Positions 9,682-20,444 of a DNA stretch of 64,000 nt are shown piece by piece (the stretch's first letter is position 1; every line of letters starts with the position of its first letter). Below the pieces are notes generated by a model. That model saw nothing but the letters and a program-made list of their open reading frames with translations. It searched no databases and was not told the DNA's origin. A program made the translations under genes and the position numbers. This DNA is from a bacterium. GTDB lineage: Bacteria; Zixibacteria; MSB-5A5; GN15; FEB-12. The stretch covers positions 1 to 64,000 of the forward strand of contig JBDRNJ010000064.1 of assembly GCA_043811375.1 (NCBI GenBank), given 5' to 3'.

Positions 9682-9963
9682 TTGGTCACACTGACACTGA
9701 GATGTCGTCTGGAGTTGCCCGGCGTGGGGTCTCTGAAGGAAAAGCGACGACTGCTGAAATCCCTTATTACCCGCTTGCGGAACAATTTTAATGTCTCCGT
9801 CGCCGAAGTGGACGACAACGATGTTCTTCGAACGGCTACGTTGGGAGTGGCCATAGCCGCCAACAGCAGCAGTTTCGCCCATCAGGTGATAAACCGAGTG
9901 ATGGACCGCATTAACACTGAACCGGAAATCGTTGTTGCCGAGTTCCTATCGGAATCGTATTAG
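9682..9963 (+). CDS. DUF503 (YlxP-like) protein
   Basis: SLKEKRR...FNVSVAEVD motif; position between infB and rbfA. Confidence 0.9.
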   Translation: MVTLTLRCRLELPGVGSLKEKRRLLKSLITRLRNNFNVSVAEVDDNDVLRTATLGVAIAANSSSFAHQVINRVMDRINTEPEIVVAEFLSESY

Positions 9964-9964
9964 C

Positions 9965-10321
9965 ATGAAACAGTTCAAGCGATCGACACGAATTGGTGAG
10001 CAGATGCTCCGTGATATATCCAACCTGGTGCAGAATGAACTGGGTGATAAATTGCCCGGTCTGGTCACTTTCACGCATGTTCGGGTGAGTGATGATCTGC
10101 AGCATGCGACCGCTTTCTACTCGGTGCTGGGCGAACAAGAGCAATGCCAGGCAGTGGCTGACTACTTCGCCCGGGAGCGCCGGCATCTGCAACATCTCAT
10201 CGGTCGCGGCCTGCATCTCCGGCGAGTGCCGGAATTGAATTTCAAGTTTGACCCATCGATTCGGGAAGGTATCCGTATCGAGCAATTGCTCAATGAGATA
10301 AAAGACGATGCCGACAAGTAG
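9965..10321 (+). CDS. rbfA: Ribosome-binding factor A
   Basis: VTFTHVRVSDDL, LRRVPELNFKFD; start placed at ATG 9965. Confidence 0.95.
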   Translation: MKQFKRSTRIGEQMLRDISNLVQNELGDKLPGLVTFTHVRVSDDLQHATAFYSVLGEQEQCQAVADYFARERRHLQHLIGRGLHLRRVPELNFKFDPSIREGIRIEQLLNEIKDDADK

Positions 10322-11318
10322 TACAAAACAGGTGTACACCGATCCTCCGGTGGCTGTCATGGATCGTTTGCTGAAGAGCTGTCAGCGAGTTTTGGTAGCT
10401 TCGCATATCGATCCCGACGGCGACGCCCTGGGGTCGCAGTTGGCTTTCGCGGACTATTTACGAACGCTGGGCAAACAGGTTTTGGTCGTCCGTGAGTCCA
10501 GTGTGCCGGCCAAGTATCGTTTCCTTCCGGGCGCCGACAGCATTACCGATGTAGCGTCGTGGGACAGCGGTGAGAGAGTGGATACGGCTGTGATTCTGGA
10601 ATGTCCCAACCGGACGCGAATCGGGCGCGTCGGGAGTCTGCTGGCACCGAATGCCGCTATCATCAATATCGATCACCACCAGGACAACGAGGCTTTTGGC
10701 ACCGTCAACTGGATTGATACCGGAGCCTCTTCGGTAGGGGAGATGGTATTCGAATATTTCCAACTCATCGGGTTTGAAATATCTCCGCAAGTGGCCGAAC
10801 AACTTTACACGGCCATTCTGACCGACACCGGCCGGTTCCGGTATTCATCAACCTCGGCGCGGACAATGGCTATCACCGGCGAACTGCTGCGGTTCGGAGC
10901 CGATCCGCAGAAAATCTGTGATAGTGTTTATTACAACCTGCGCCCCTCCACCGTCAAACTGATGGGCAAGGTGCTCAATTCCATCGAGTTTGACGATGAC
11001 GGTCGCATCTGCCTGTTGACTTTAACATCCCGAATGCTTGAAGAATGCGGAGCCGACCCGTCGGAATCGGAAGGGATAATCGACTTTACTCTTTTCAGCC
11101 GAGGTGTACAGGTGGGAGCTCTGCTCAAGAGCGGTAATTCCACAAGTACCCGGGTGTCGTTGCGTTCCAGGAATGACCTAAACGTGGCTGTACTGGCGGC
11201 GCGTTTCGGAGGTGGTGGTCATCCCAATGCTTCCGGTTGTGAAATACCCCTGCCGCTTTCGGAGGCCAGGGCTGAATTGATAAAACTGCTGCGAGAGGCT
11301 CTTCATGACCGGGACTGA
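10308..11318 (+). CDS. nrnA: DHH/DHHA1 phosphoesterase (NrnA-like oligoribonuclease / pAp phosphatase)
   Basis: HIDPDGDALGS, IDHH, TDTGRF, SLRS, GGGHPNASG. Confidence 0.92.
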   Translation: MPTSSTKQVYTDPPVAVMDRLLKSCQRVLVASHIDPDGDALGSQLAFADYLRTLGKQVLVVRESSVPAKYRFLPGADSITDVASWDSGERVDTAVILECPNRTRIGRVGSLLAPNAAIINIDHHQDNEAFGTVNWIDTGASSVGEMVFEYFQLIGFEISPQVAEQLYTAILTDTGRFRYSSTSARTMAITGELLRFGADPQKICDSVYYNLRPSTVKLMGKVLNSIEFDDDGRICLLTLTSRMLEECGADPSESEGIIDFTLFSRGVQVGALLKSGNSTSTRVSLRSRNDLNVAVLAARFGGGGHPNASGCEIPLPLSEARAELIKLLREALHDRD

Positions 11319-12255
11319 TAGCCAGTATCACGGAGTACTCCTGTACGACAAAGCTCCGGGTATCTCCAGCCATGACGCCGTAGCTCATCTCCGGCGGACG
11401 TTGCACCAGAGAAAGATCGGACATACCGGCACTCTTGATCCGCTGGCGGAAGGATTACTGGTAATGTGTCTGGGGCGAGCCACCAAAATAGCTCGGTTCC
11501 TTTCCGGGTTTGACAAGACCTATCAGGCCGAGGTTTGCCTGGGACAGGTATCGTCTACGCTCGATGGCGAAGGTGTCGACAAGACGCAGGTTCCGCAGCC
11601 GGTACCGGATATGACAGAGCCAGCCTGGTGCCGACTGCTGGATACTTTTCAGGGCCGCATCAGCCAGAAGGTTCCGGCCTATTCGGCGGTCAAGGTCGAC
11701 GGTCGGCGGCTTTACGATCTGGCCCGACGCGGTGTGCCCGTAACGGTTCCCGAAAGGGAAATAGATATCAGAGAGATTCAACTGCTCGGTTATAAGCAGC
11801 CCCGCCTGAGCCTGAAGATTACCTGTTCCTCGGGCACCTATATTCGTTCGCTGGCTGCCGCTATCGGCGAACGGGTCGGGTGTGGCGCCTATCTGTCTCA
11901 TCTGCGTCGCCTGGCGGTTGGAGACATGATGATTGACGAGGCGCTGACTGCCGAGCAGACGGTACGCTGCCACGCGGATGGTACGCTGCACCAACATTTG
12001 CTTGACATAGAGACAGTGCTTGAATACAGCACCGTGACCGTTTCCGATGAGTTCAGAAACGGAGTGCTGTCCGGCAAGACACTCACCGGCCCGGACATCC
12101 TGCAGGTGCAGGGTGACTTTACGGTCGGTGATCGTTTGCTGCTTAAAGATACTGACGGGCGCGTACTTGCTGTCGGTACCGCCGAAGCGACCACGGCTGC
12201 CTTCAAGAATCGCTCACAGGATAATCTGTTCAGCTACTTACGGGTGTTAAATTGA
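11305..12255 (+). CDS. truB: tRNA pseudouridine(55) synthase
   Basis: GHTGTLDPLAEG, YSAVKVDG, CSSGTYIRSL, C-terminal PUA-like domain. Confidence 0.97.
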   Translation: MTGTDSQYHGVLLYDKAPGISSHDAVAHLRRTLHQRKIGHTGTLDPLAEGLLVMCLGRATKIARFLSGFDKTYQAEVCLGQVSSTLDGEGVDKTQVPQPVPDMTEPAWCRLLDTFQGRISQKVPAYSAVKVDGRRLYDLARRGVPVTVPEREIDIREIQLLGYKQPRLSLKITCSSGTYIRSLAAAIGERVGCGAYLSHLRRLAVGDMMIDEALTAEQTVRCHADGTLHQHLLDIETVLEYSTVTVSDEFRNGVLSGKTLTGPDILQVQGDFTVGDRLLLKDTDGRVLAVGTAEATTAAFKNRSQDNLFSYLRVLN

Positions 12256-13253
12256 CGACCAGGTTTGTACATGGTCTCAGTAATTTCGTACGCTGTGATA
12301 AGCAGTCGCGGGTGGTAACGGTGGGTACTTTCGACGGTATCCACGTCGGCCACCAGGAGATATTCCGCCGGGTGCGTCTGGCCTGCGAACAAAACGGATC
12401 GGAGGCGGTACTGGTCACGTTTCATCCTCATCCGCGAGTTCTGGTAACTCCCGATGATGCCCCGCTGTTGCTGACCACCATCGAGGAAAAAGAGAGGTTC
12501 ATACCGGACTATTTTGACGGCACCGTTCTGGTGCTCGATTTTAACGAGCAACTGATGAATCTTAAACCGACTGATTTCGTGAAGGATATCCTGGTGGATC
12601 GGATCGGGACCGGTAAACTGATTGTCGGCTATGATCATGCAATCGGTAAAAACCGCAGCGGTTCGATCGCCCAGTTGCGGGAGTTGGGACAGAAGTTCGG
12701 ATACGATATCGAGGTCTGTCCACCGGTACTGGTAGCCGGTTCGGCCGTATCGTCATCGCGTATTCGGCGTTGCCTGCTGCAGGAGCGATTCGGGGAGGCG
12801 GTGCGCCTGCTGGGACATGAGTATGCTATATGCGGGCCGATAGAAAAAGGAATCGGTCTGGGCAAGAAATTCGGTTATCCCACCGCCAACGTAGGTTACA
12901 ATCAGCGCAAGCTGCTGCCGCCGGCCGGCGTTTATACCTGCTGTGCAGAGATTAGAGGCGATTGTCATCAGGGTGTGATCTTTATCGGCCACAATCACTT
13001 CAATCCCGAGAAGCGGGTTTCGGTGGAGGTTCATCTTTTTAATTATGACGAGGATATTTACAACCGGGTTATTACTGTTTATCCTCTGCATTATATTAGA
13101 AAGAATCGTCGGTTCCAGTCGCCGGAGGCGCTTGTCCGACAAATAAGAAAAGACGAACAAAAAGCAATACAGATACTTCAGAAGGAGAAAACAGATGGCT
13201 CTGACAAAGGAGCAGAAGACTCAGATCGTTGCTGCCAATCGTCTTCACGATAA
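12252..13253 (+). CDS. ribF: Bifunctional riboflavin kinase / FAD synthetase
   Basis: [28 protein letters not shown]. Confidence 0.95.
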   Translation: MTTRFVHGLSNFVRCDKQSRVVTVGTFDGIHVGHQEIFRRVRLACEQNGSEAVLVTFHPHPRVLVTPDDAPLLLTTIEEKERFIPDYFDGTVLVLDFNEQLMNLKPTDFVKDILVDRIGTGKLIVGYDHAIGKNRSGSIAQLRELGQKFGYDIEVCPPVLVAGSAVSSSRIRRCLLQERFGEAVRLLGHEYAICGPIEKGIGLGKKFGYPTANVGYNQRKLLPPAGVYTCCAEIRGDCHQGVIFIGHNHFNPEKRVSVEVHLFNYDEDIYNRVITVYPLHYIRKNRRFQSPEALVRQIRKDEQKAIQILQKEKTDGSDKGAEDSDRCCQSSSR

Positions 13254-13464
13254 GGATACCGGTTCGCCGGAAGTGCAGATTGCGCTTCTTACGAAACGTA
13301 TCAACGATCTAACTGAGCACATGAAAATCCACAAGAAGGATTTCCACACTCGCCTGGGTTTGCTCAAGATGGTAGGCCAGCGCCGACGGTTGCTGGATTA
13401 CGTTAAGGACCGGGATCTCGAAAGTTACCGACAGATGCTGGCCGAACTTGGATTGAGAAGATAA
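13195..13464 (+). CDS. rpsO: 30S ribosomal protein S15
   Basis: [40 protein letters not shown]. Confidence 0.98.
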   Translation: MALTKEQKTQIVAANRLHDKDTGSPEVQIALLTKRINDLTEHMKIHKKDFHTRLGLLKMVGQRRRLLDYVKDRDLESYRQMLAELGLRR

Positions 13465-13482
13465 CATCAGTAGGAATTATGT

Positions 13483-15639
13483 ATGTCTCACAAAGTAGAA
13501 TTTGAACTGGGCGGACGGCAGATGATTATTGAATGCGGTCATCTGGCCAAACAGGCCAATGGCGCCGTTAGCGTACGGTATGCCGATTCGATGGTAATCT
13601 CGACCGTCTGTTCCAACACCGAACCCAAGAGGGGTTTCGATTTCTTTCCCTTAACAGTGGAGTACCGCGAGAAGTCGTACGCCTCAGGGAAAATACCGGG
13701 TGGCTTTTTCAAGAGAGAAGGTCGGCCCTCGGAGAAAGAAATTATCTCCGCACGAATGATAGACCGCCCCATCCGACCCTTGTTCCCGAAGGACTTCAAA
13801 GGGGAGACACAGTGCATTACTTTCATCGTCTCCCACGATCGACAGACCGACACCGACATGATGGCATTGATCGGCACCGGCGCCGCCCTGGCCGTCTCCG
13901 ACGTGCCCTTCCAGAAAACCATTGCCGGAGTTCGAGTGGGCAGGATTGACGGTCAGTTGGTTGTGAATCCGACAATCGATCAAATGGAAGAGTGTGATAT
14001 CAACATCGCCATAGCCGGCTCGGCGGACAGCATTGCTATGGTAGAAGGCGGGGGACGCGAAGCTTCTGAGGATGATCTGATAGCCGCGCTGGCTTTCGGA
14101 CATGATCAGATCAAGACCATCATCGGAAAGATCGATGAGCTCAAGGCGGTTTGCGGCAAAGAGACTTTCGTATATGAGCCGTGCGCAATCGATGAGGAGT
14201 TGACCGGCAAGATTAAAGAGATGGTCGGCAATCGCCTTGATGAATTCAATCGCCTGGCGGACAAAGACGAACGCCGCAGCCACAAGAAAGAGATGACCAA
14301 AGAAATCCTGGAGAAGCTGGCCGAGGAATATCCGGAAAGCGGAGGGGATATCAAGACCGTCATTCACGACCTCGACTCTGAAACGATGCGTAATATGGTT
14401 CTCAACGAAACGCGACGGATTGACGGACGCGGTCCGGACGATATCCGCCAGATAACCTGCGAGGTGGGGTTCCTGCCGCGCGTTCATGGTTCTGCGGTCT
14501 TTACTCGTGGCCAGACACAGGCTCTGGTGGCGATTACCCTGGGGACCAAGATCGACGAACAACGGCTGGATGAGTTGGAAGGCGAATCGACCAAGAGCTA
14601 TATGCTGCACTACAATTTCCCGCCGTTCTCAACCGGCGAAACCAAACCGATTCGCGGCACCAATCGCCGGGAAATCGGACACGGAGCGCTGGCTGAGCGG
14701 GCCCTGTTCCCGATCATTCCGACCGAGGGCGGTTTTCCCTACACTATCCGGGTGGTTTCCGATGTTATGGAGTCCAACGGTTCTTCGTCGATGGCGTCGG
14801 TCTGCGGCGGTTCACTGGCGTTGATGGACGCCGGCGTGCCTATCAAATCGGCCGTGGCCGGCATTGCCATGGGTTTGATCAAATCCGATGACAAAGTGGT
14901 GATCCTGACCGATATCCTCGGCGATGAAGACCACTTTGGCGACATGGATTTCAAGGTAACCGGCACCTCCGAAGGCATCACAGCCATCCAGATGGACATT
15001 AAAATTGCCGGTCTGGATATCGACATAATGAGACAGGCGCTGGACAAAGCCCGTCAGGCGCGGTTGAAGATTCTGGAAAACATGAATGCTGCCATTTCCA
15101 AGCACCGGGATCAACTCTCCGAGTTCGCGCCCAGAATCATTACCATCAAGATCAATCCTTCCAAGATCGGCGAGGTTATCGGCCCCGGCGGCAAGATGAT
15201 TCGCTCCATCACAGAAGCGACCGGCGCCAAGATTGACATCGAAGACGACGGTACCGTTCTGATATCATCCACGGATGCCCGTGCCGGGCAATTGGCCAAA
15301 GAGCGTGTCGAGGCCATCGTGGAGGAAGCCGTGGTTGGACAAGTATACGAAGGCACCGTCAACAGGATCACGGGTTTTGGCGCCTTTGTGGAAATATTGC
15401 CCAGCACCGACGGCCTGTTGCATATCTCGGAAATCGACAATCATCGTATAGAACGGGTAGAGGACGTGCTTAATATGGGTGACCGGGTATCCGTCAAGGT
15501 CATAAGTATCGATGGGGACGGCAAGGTCCGCTTGTCCCGACGAGCACTCCTGCCGGGCGCACCTTCCGATGAAGAACGAGATCGGGATCGTGATCGGGGT
15601 CCCAGCCGTAATCGGCGACCGACCCGCCCCAGACGATAG
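13483..15639 (+). CDS. pnp: Polyribonucleotide nucleotidyltransferase
   Basis: FFPLTVEYRE, RREIGHG, ESNGSSSMAS, GDMDFKV, KH and S1 domains. Confidence 0.98.
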   Translation: MSHKVEFELGGRQMIIECGHLAKQANGAVSVRYADSMVISTVCSNTEPKRGFDFFPLTVEYREKSYASGKIPGGFFKREGRPSEKEIISARMIDRPIRPLFPKDFKGETQCITFIVSHDRQTDTDMMALIGTGAALAVSDVPFQKTIAGVRVGRIDGQLVVNPTIDQMEECDINIAIAGSADSIAMVEGGGREASEDDLIAALAFGHDQIKTIIGKIDELKAVCGKETFVYEPCAIDEELTGKIKEMVGNRLDEFNRLADKDERRSHKKEMTKEILEKLAEEYPESGGDIKTVIHDLDSETMRNMVLNETRRIDGRGPDDIRQITCEVGFLPRVHGSAVFTRGQTQALVAITLGTKIDEQRLDELEGESTKSYMLHYNFPPFSTGETKPIRGTNRREIGHGALAERALFPIIPTEGGFPYTIRVVSDVMESNGSSSMASVCGGSLALMDAGVPIKSAVAGIAMGLIKSDDKVVILTDILGDEDHFGDMDFKVTGTSEGITAIQMDIKIAGLDIDIMRQALDKARQARLKILENMNAAISKHRDQLSEFAPRIITIKINPSKIGEVIGPGGKMIRSITEATGAKIDIEDDGTVLISSTDARAGQLAKERVEAIVEEAVVGQVYEGTVNRITGFGAFVEILPSTDGLLHISEIDNHRIERVEDVLNMGDRVSVKVISIDGDGKVRLSRRALLPGAPSDEERDRDRDRGPSRNRRPTRPRR

Positions 15640-15645
15640 TTGCTG

Positions 15646-16926
15646 ATGGCAGCAAGTCGCAGTACATCCGATAGCGGTGCTTATCGGAAAACAACTTTGA
15701 GAAACGGACTGAGAGTGATCTCAGAGCATATGCCCTCAGTCCGTTCGGTGTCGCTGGGGATCTGGATTGACACCGGCTCGCGCTATGAAGGGCCGTTTGA
15801 TAACGGGGTTTCGCATTTCATTGAACACATGTTGTTCAAGGGGACGCGTCGGCGCACCGCCCGTCAGATAGCGGCCTCGCTGGAATCGTTGGGCGGCAAT
15901 CTCAATGCCTTCACTTCACGGGAGCATACCTGCTACACCGCCAGGATTCTGGACGAAAACCTGGCAACGGCGATTGACGTTCTGGCCGATATGACCTGTC
16001 ACGCCACCTTCACACCGCTGAACCTCAGACGCGAGAAGAAGGTGATCTGTGAGGAGATTCGAGAAGTCGAAGGCAATCCGGCCGAACGCATCCATGACAT
16101 TTTCTCGGACGCTTTCTGGGGTAACCACCCGCTGGGGCGACCCATAGTCGGCACTCCCCGGACCGTGACCGATTTCAAGAGACACCGAGTGCTTGACTTT
16201 ATGTCGCGTCACTACCGCAGTGGTACCATAGTCATTGCTGCGGCCGGCTGCGTTTCACACCAAAAGCTGCTGCGGCTGGTACGTGATAATTTCGATTTTC
16301 CAACCGGGCGGGCTGAGCCTGCCGAAAACGCCTGCCGTGAGAAGGAACAGTGCCTTACTCTCAAGGCGGCCGACAATCCCCAGACTCATCTGTGCTTAGG
16401 GTATCCCGGACTGGACTTCACCAACGAATACAGAATCCCGGCTGTGGCTCTCAACTCTTATCTCGGCTCCGGTATGTCGTCGGTGCTCTTTCAGAAAGTT
16501 CGCGAACAGCGCGGCCTGGCTTATTCCATCTACAGTTTTCACGATTTCTACAGCGATGCCGGCGTCTGCGGCGCTTACATGGCTACCGATCGCAACCAGA
16601 TCCGTCAGGCGCTCGATATTGTGCTGGGCGAGTTCGAAAAGGTGAAAAAGAGGCGTCTGCCGCAGTCCCGGCTGGATAAAATCAAAAGCCAGTTGAAGGG
16701 ACAACTGGCTATAGGTCTGGAATCTACGACCGGGCGCATGAACCGTCTGGCCAGGTTGGAGTTGATGGGGTTGCCCTTCAGATCACACCAGCAGATTCTC
16801 AGGGAAGTAAACGCTGTGACATCGGGCCAGATTCTCAATCTTGCCAACCGGCTGTTCGACCGCTCGCGCCTGGCAATTGCCGTTTTGGGTCCGGTGGCTG
16901 ATGGGGACCTTGACGGTGTCCTCTGA
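15646..16926 (+). CDS. M16 (pitrilysin) family Zn peptidase
   Basis: HFIEH (HxxEH), NAFTSRE, VREQRGLAY; common position after pnp; start 15640 or 15646 uncertain. Confidence 0.93.
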   Translation: MAASRSTSDSGAYRKTTLRNGLRVISEHMPSVRSVSLGIWIDTGSRYEGPFDNGVSHFIEHMLFKGTRRRTARQIAASLESLGGNLNAFTSREHTCYTARILDENLATAIDVLADMTCHATFTPLNLRREKKVICEEIREVEGNPAERIHDIFSDAFWGNHPLGRPIVGTPRTVTDFKRHRVLDFMSRHYRSGTIVIAAAGCVSHQKLLRLVRDNFDFPTGRAEPAENACREKEQCLTLKAADNPQTHLCLGYPGLDFTNEYRIPAVALNSYLGSGMSSVLFQKVREQRGLAYSIYSFHDFYSDAGVCGAYMATDRNQIRQALDIVLGEFEKVKKRRLPQSRLDKIKSQLKGQLAIGLESTTGRMNRLARLELMGLPFRSHQQILREVNAVTSGQILNLANRLFDRSRLAIAVLGPVADGDLDGVL

Positions 16927-17728
16927 CGACCGATTCGACCAGCCTTCGACATCCGAGCCGACGCTCCCGAAAATTCTGGTATTTCACAAGGTAACGCCAC
17001 AGTTCTCCTACGGGTCTACCAACTACTCACCACGGCGACTCTGTCGACTGTTGTCGGTATTGCAGGAGCGGGGTTATCGTTTTGAGTCACTGGAAAACAC
17101 GCTTACCGGCGCCGACCCCTTCAGCATAGCGATTACTTTCGACGACGGCTATCAGCACCTGGCCGATATTCTGCCGAAGTTGATTGACAGGTTTCACCTG
17201 CAACCGGTAGTGTTTGTGCCCACGCGATACATCGGCCGGCCCAACAATTGGGATTACAGTTGTCTGTTTCGCACCGAATCTCATCTGGACGTGGGCATCA
17301 TCAAAGTCCTGGCGCGCCAGGGAGTCGAATTCGGCTCACACGGGCACAGCCACATCAATCTGTGCCGTTGCGATGCGAAGGTTCGGCGGGGCGAGATTCA
17401 GCGCTCGAAAGAAATGCTGCAGGACCTGCTGGGCGCCGAAATCCGTTATATCAGCTATCCCTTTGGTCGATATAATGAAGAAGTAATGCAAGACACTCAG
17501 GAGATCGGTTATACCAGGGGTTTGACAATGAGCTTTCCCGACCGGGGCGACATGGCGCTGTCGACCGGCCGGTTCTGTGTTTACGGCTATGACACGACGG
17601 CATCGGTGAGGCGTAAACTGACCGGCGGACCGCTTTACCGCTTTGAGAAATGGAAGGCCGATTTCAGCAACCGACTTTCCGCCGGCACCGAGCTTTATCG
17701 ACGATTGTTTGGAAAGAGACGAGGTTGA
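16910..17728 (+). CDS. Polysaccharide deacetylase (CE4 / NodB domain)
   Basis: ITFDDGY, GSHGHSH, SYPFG; start uncertain (TTG 16910 chosen). Confidence 0.9.
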   Translation: MTVSSDDRFDQPSTSEPTLPKILVFHKVTPQFSYGSTNYSPRRLCRLLSVLQERGYRFESLENTLTGADPFSIAITFDDGYQHLADILPKLIDRFHLQPVVFVPTRYIGRPNNWDYSCLFRTESHLDVGIIKVLARQGVEFGSHGHSHINLCRCDAKVRRGEIQRSKEMLQDLLGAEIRYISYPFGRYNEEVMQDTQEIGYTRGLTMSFPDRGDMALSTGRFCVYGYDTTASVRRKLTGGPLYRFEKWKADFSNRLSAGTELYRRLFGKRRG

Positions 17729-17818
17729 TACCGGCATCGTCCGGGTCTGCGTTAAGCCTTGCGGACCGGCAAGGTTTGTTTTAGCTTGCAAGCTTTTCGG
17801 AGCAAGAAAGATAACCGG

Positions 17819-20380
17819 ATGGCAACGACCGAGAAAACACATATGAAGTATGACTTCAAGCGCATCGAAAGCAAGTGGCAACAGCGCTGGGCAAAGGACC
17901 GGTTGTTCTGTGCCCCCGACAAGCCGGATAGAAAGAACAAGTTTTACATGCTGGAGATGTTCCTCTATCCGTCCGGCGACATACACATGGGGCACTTCCG
18001 CAACTACATTATCGGTGATGCCGTCGCCCGGCACCAGATGATGCTGGGCAAAGAAGTACTGCACCCGTTCGGCTGGGACGCTTTCGGTCTGCCGGCAGAG
18101 CGGGCGGCTATCCAGCGCGGTATCCACCCCCATGAGTGGACACTGGCCAATATCGAAGTGTCCCGCCAAACACTGCAGGATGCGGGCATTTCGTACGACT
18201 GGTCGCGTGAGATCAACTCCTGCCTGCCGGACTACTACCGGTGGACGCAGTGGATGTTTATCCAATTGTTCAAGGAGGGTCTGGCGTATCGGAAGCGCGG
18301 CTTCGTCAATTGGTGTCCGGAGGACCGGACGGTTCTGGCCAATGAACAGGTCGTTGACGGCAAGTGCGAGAGATGCCATACGGAGGTAGTGAAAAAAAAC
18401 CAGGTCCAGTGGTACTTCAAGATCACCGATTACGCCGACCGCTTGATTGATGACCTGGACAAACTGCCCGACTGGCCGGAAAACGTCAAAACGATGCAAC
18501 GCGAATGGATCGGACGCTCATACGGCGCCGAAATAGATTTTGTGATCGAGGATACGGGGGAGAGGCTGCCGGTGTTTACCACCCGCCCGGACACGATCTA
18601 CGGCGTTACTTTCATGGCCATCTCACCGGAAGCAGAGATTCTCGAGCGGCTCAATCTGAGCGGTGAGTATGCTGAGAAAGTCGCGGCCTATCAGAAAAAG
18701 GCCATGCTGCGTACCGATATCGAGCGCACTGCCGCCAATGAAGAGAAAGACGGCGTTTTCACCGGCAAGTTTGCCGTTAATCCGTTCAACGGCAAGAAAG
18801 TTCAACTCTGGGTAGCCGACTACGTACTGGCCGGGTACGGCACCGGGGCGGTGATGGCGGTCCCGGGACACGACACCCGCGATTTCGCATTCGCCAGGAA
18901 ATACGATATACCGATCAAGATCGTGATCCATCCCGACGAGCATACCATTCTGAAGGTTGACGAGAAGGTTGACGAGATGGAAGACGCCTTCGTCGAGTAC
19001 GGCCCGATGGTCAATTCCGGCCGATTCGATGGGCTGGCCGGGCAAAAAGCTATCGCTACGGTGACGGAACATGCCGAACAGCAGGGGTTTGGTCGCATTA
19101 AGGTGAACTATAAGTTGAAGGATTGGTTGATATCACGGCAACGTTACTGGGGTTGCCCGATACCGATCATCCATTGCCCAAAATGCGGCGAAAAGGCTGT
19201 TCCTGAAAGCGATTTGCCGGTGTTATTGCCGGAAGTCAAAAATTACCAGCCCAAAGGTCGTTCACCGCTGGCTGATGTCCCGGAGTATGTTAATACGAAA
19301 TGCCCCAAATGCGGGGGAGAGGCAAAGCGCGATCCGGACACGATGGATACCTTTGTCTGTTCCTCCTGGTACTACCTGCGCTACCTGGATCCTCAAAATC
19401 AAACTGAACCGTTTGACAAGGAAAAAGCCGCGGCGTGGCTGCCGATCGATCTCTATGTTGGTGGTATCACACACGCCACCGGCCATCTGATATATTTTCG
19501 GTTCTTCCAGAAGTTTCTGAATAAGATTGGCTGGACTAACGAAAGCGAGCCTGTCAACCGCCTGTTTAACCACGGCATGGTGATGGATGCCAACGGCGAA
19601 GTAATGTCCAAGTCGAAAGGCAACGTCGTCTCCCCGATTGCATTGATAGAGGAACACGGTGTCGATATTTCGCGGCTGGCGATGTTTTTCACCGCTCCGT
19701 CGGAGAAAGAAGTGCTCTGGAGCGAGGAGGCCGTGACTGGTGTTGAGAAATTCGCCATCAATAAACTGTTTCCGATAGCCAGGCAAGATCACGAAACCGA
19801 TCTTGACTTAAAGCAATACTTTAAGCTCGAGGATTTGGGTGACTATGAAAAGGCAATCTATATCAAGCTGAACCAGACTATCAAGCGGGTTTCCGAAGAT
19901 TGTGAACGGTTTCAGTTTAACACGGCCATTGCGGCACTGATGGAACTGGTGCGCGACTACCGACGCGATCAGATCAACAACGACCAACTTAATGACTATA
20001 TAGTGCTCAAGACGATTCAGTTGGCGGCTCCGATTGTACCCCACATGGCCGAAGAAATGTGGGAAAATTGCGGTCAGACGGAGTCTGTTTTTAAGTCATG
20101 CTGGCCAAAACACGATCCGAATCTACCGGTAGAGGTATACAGATCAGGCAGTGGTAGTAGTAGGTTTTCACAGACCGTTGATTTTGGATTAAAAATAGAG
20201 ATTCCCATACAAGTCAACGGTAAACTGAGAGACTCTATTCGAGTGCCGGTGGATGCCTCGCAAGAGACCGTAGAGAAAATCGCCTTTGAAAGTTCCCGAA
20301 TCAAGGCTCATACCGAAGGCAAACAGATCATCAGGAAGATATTCGTTAAAGGCCGGATACTCAATATAGTTGTGAAGTGA
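17819..20380 (+). CDS. leuS: Leucine--tRNA ligase
   Basis: HMGH, CP1 editing domain (FTTRPDT, GTGAVMAVP), SRQRYWG, VMSKS variant of KMSKS, QVNGKLR. Confidence 0.98.
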   Translation: MATTEKTHMKYDFKRIESKWQQRWAKDRLFCAPDKPDRKNKFYMLEMFLYPSGDIHMGHFRNYIIGDAVARHQMMLGKEVLHPFGWDAFGLPAERAAIQRGIHPHEWTLANIEVSRQTLQDAGISYDWSREINSCLPDYYRWTQWMFIQLFKEGLAYRKRGFVNWCPEDRTVLANEQVVDGKCERCHTEVVKKNQVQWYFKITDYADRLIDDLDKLPDWPENVKTMQREWIGRSYGAEIDFVIEDTGERLPVFTTRPDTIYGVTFMAISPEAEILERLNLSGEYAEKVAAYQKKAMLRTDIERTAANEEKDGVFTGKFAVNPFNGKKVQLWVADYVLAGYGTGAVMAVPGHDTRDFAFARKYDIPIKIVIHPDEHTILKVDEKVDEMEDAFVEYGPMVNSGRFDGLAGQKAIATVTEHAEQQGFGRIKVNYKLKDWLISRQRYWGCPIPIIHCPKCGEKAVPESDLPVLLPEVKNYQPKGRSPLADVPEYVNTKCPKCGGEAKRDPDTMDTFVCSSWYYLRYLDPQNQTEPFDKEKAAAWLPIDLYVGGITHATGHLIYFRFFQKFLNKIGWTNESEPVNRLFNHGMVMDANGEVMSKSKGNVVSPIALIEEHGVDISRLAMFFTAPSEKEVLWSEEAVTGVEKFAINKLFPIARQDHETDLDLKQYFKLEDLGDYEKAIYIKLNQTIKRVSEDCERFQFNTAIAALMELVRDYRRDQINNDQLNDYIVLKTIQLAAPIVPHMAEEMWENCGQTESVFKSCWPKHDPNLPVEVYRSGSGSSRFSQTVDFGLKIEIPIQVNGKLRDSIRVPVDASQETVEKIAFESSRIKAHTEGKQIIRKIFVKGRILNIVVK

Positions 20381-20444
20381 TAAGAAGTAGTGAGAGAATG
20401 AGTGGAATTTGCAGAAAACTACAAGGGCAACAAGAGGACAGAAT

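Noticed and set aside
17729..17818. T-box leader before leuS (or before proS)
   Set aside because: No T-box consensus or terminator/antiterminator seen; the leuS gap is too short.
13684..18499. Long antisense ORFs opposite pnp and leuS (also opposite atpD and within the giant gene)
   Set aside because: Shadow frames of GC-rich coding sequence with no recognisable motifs.
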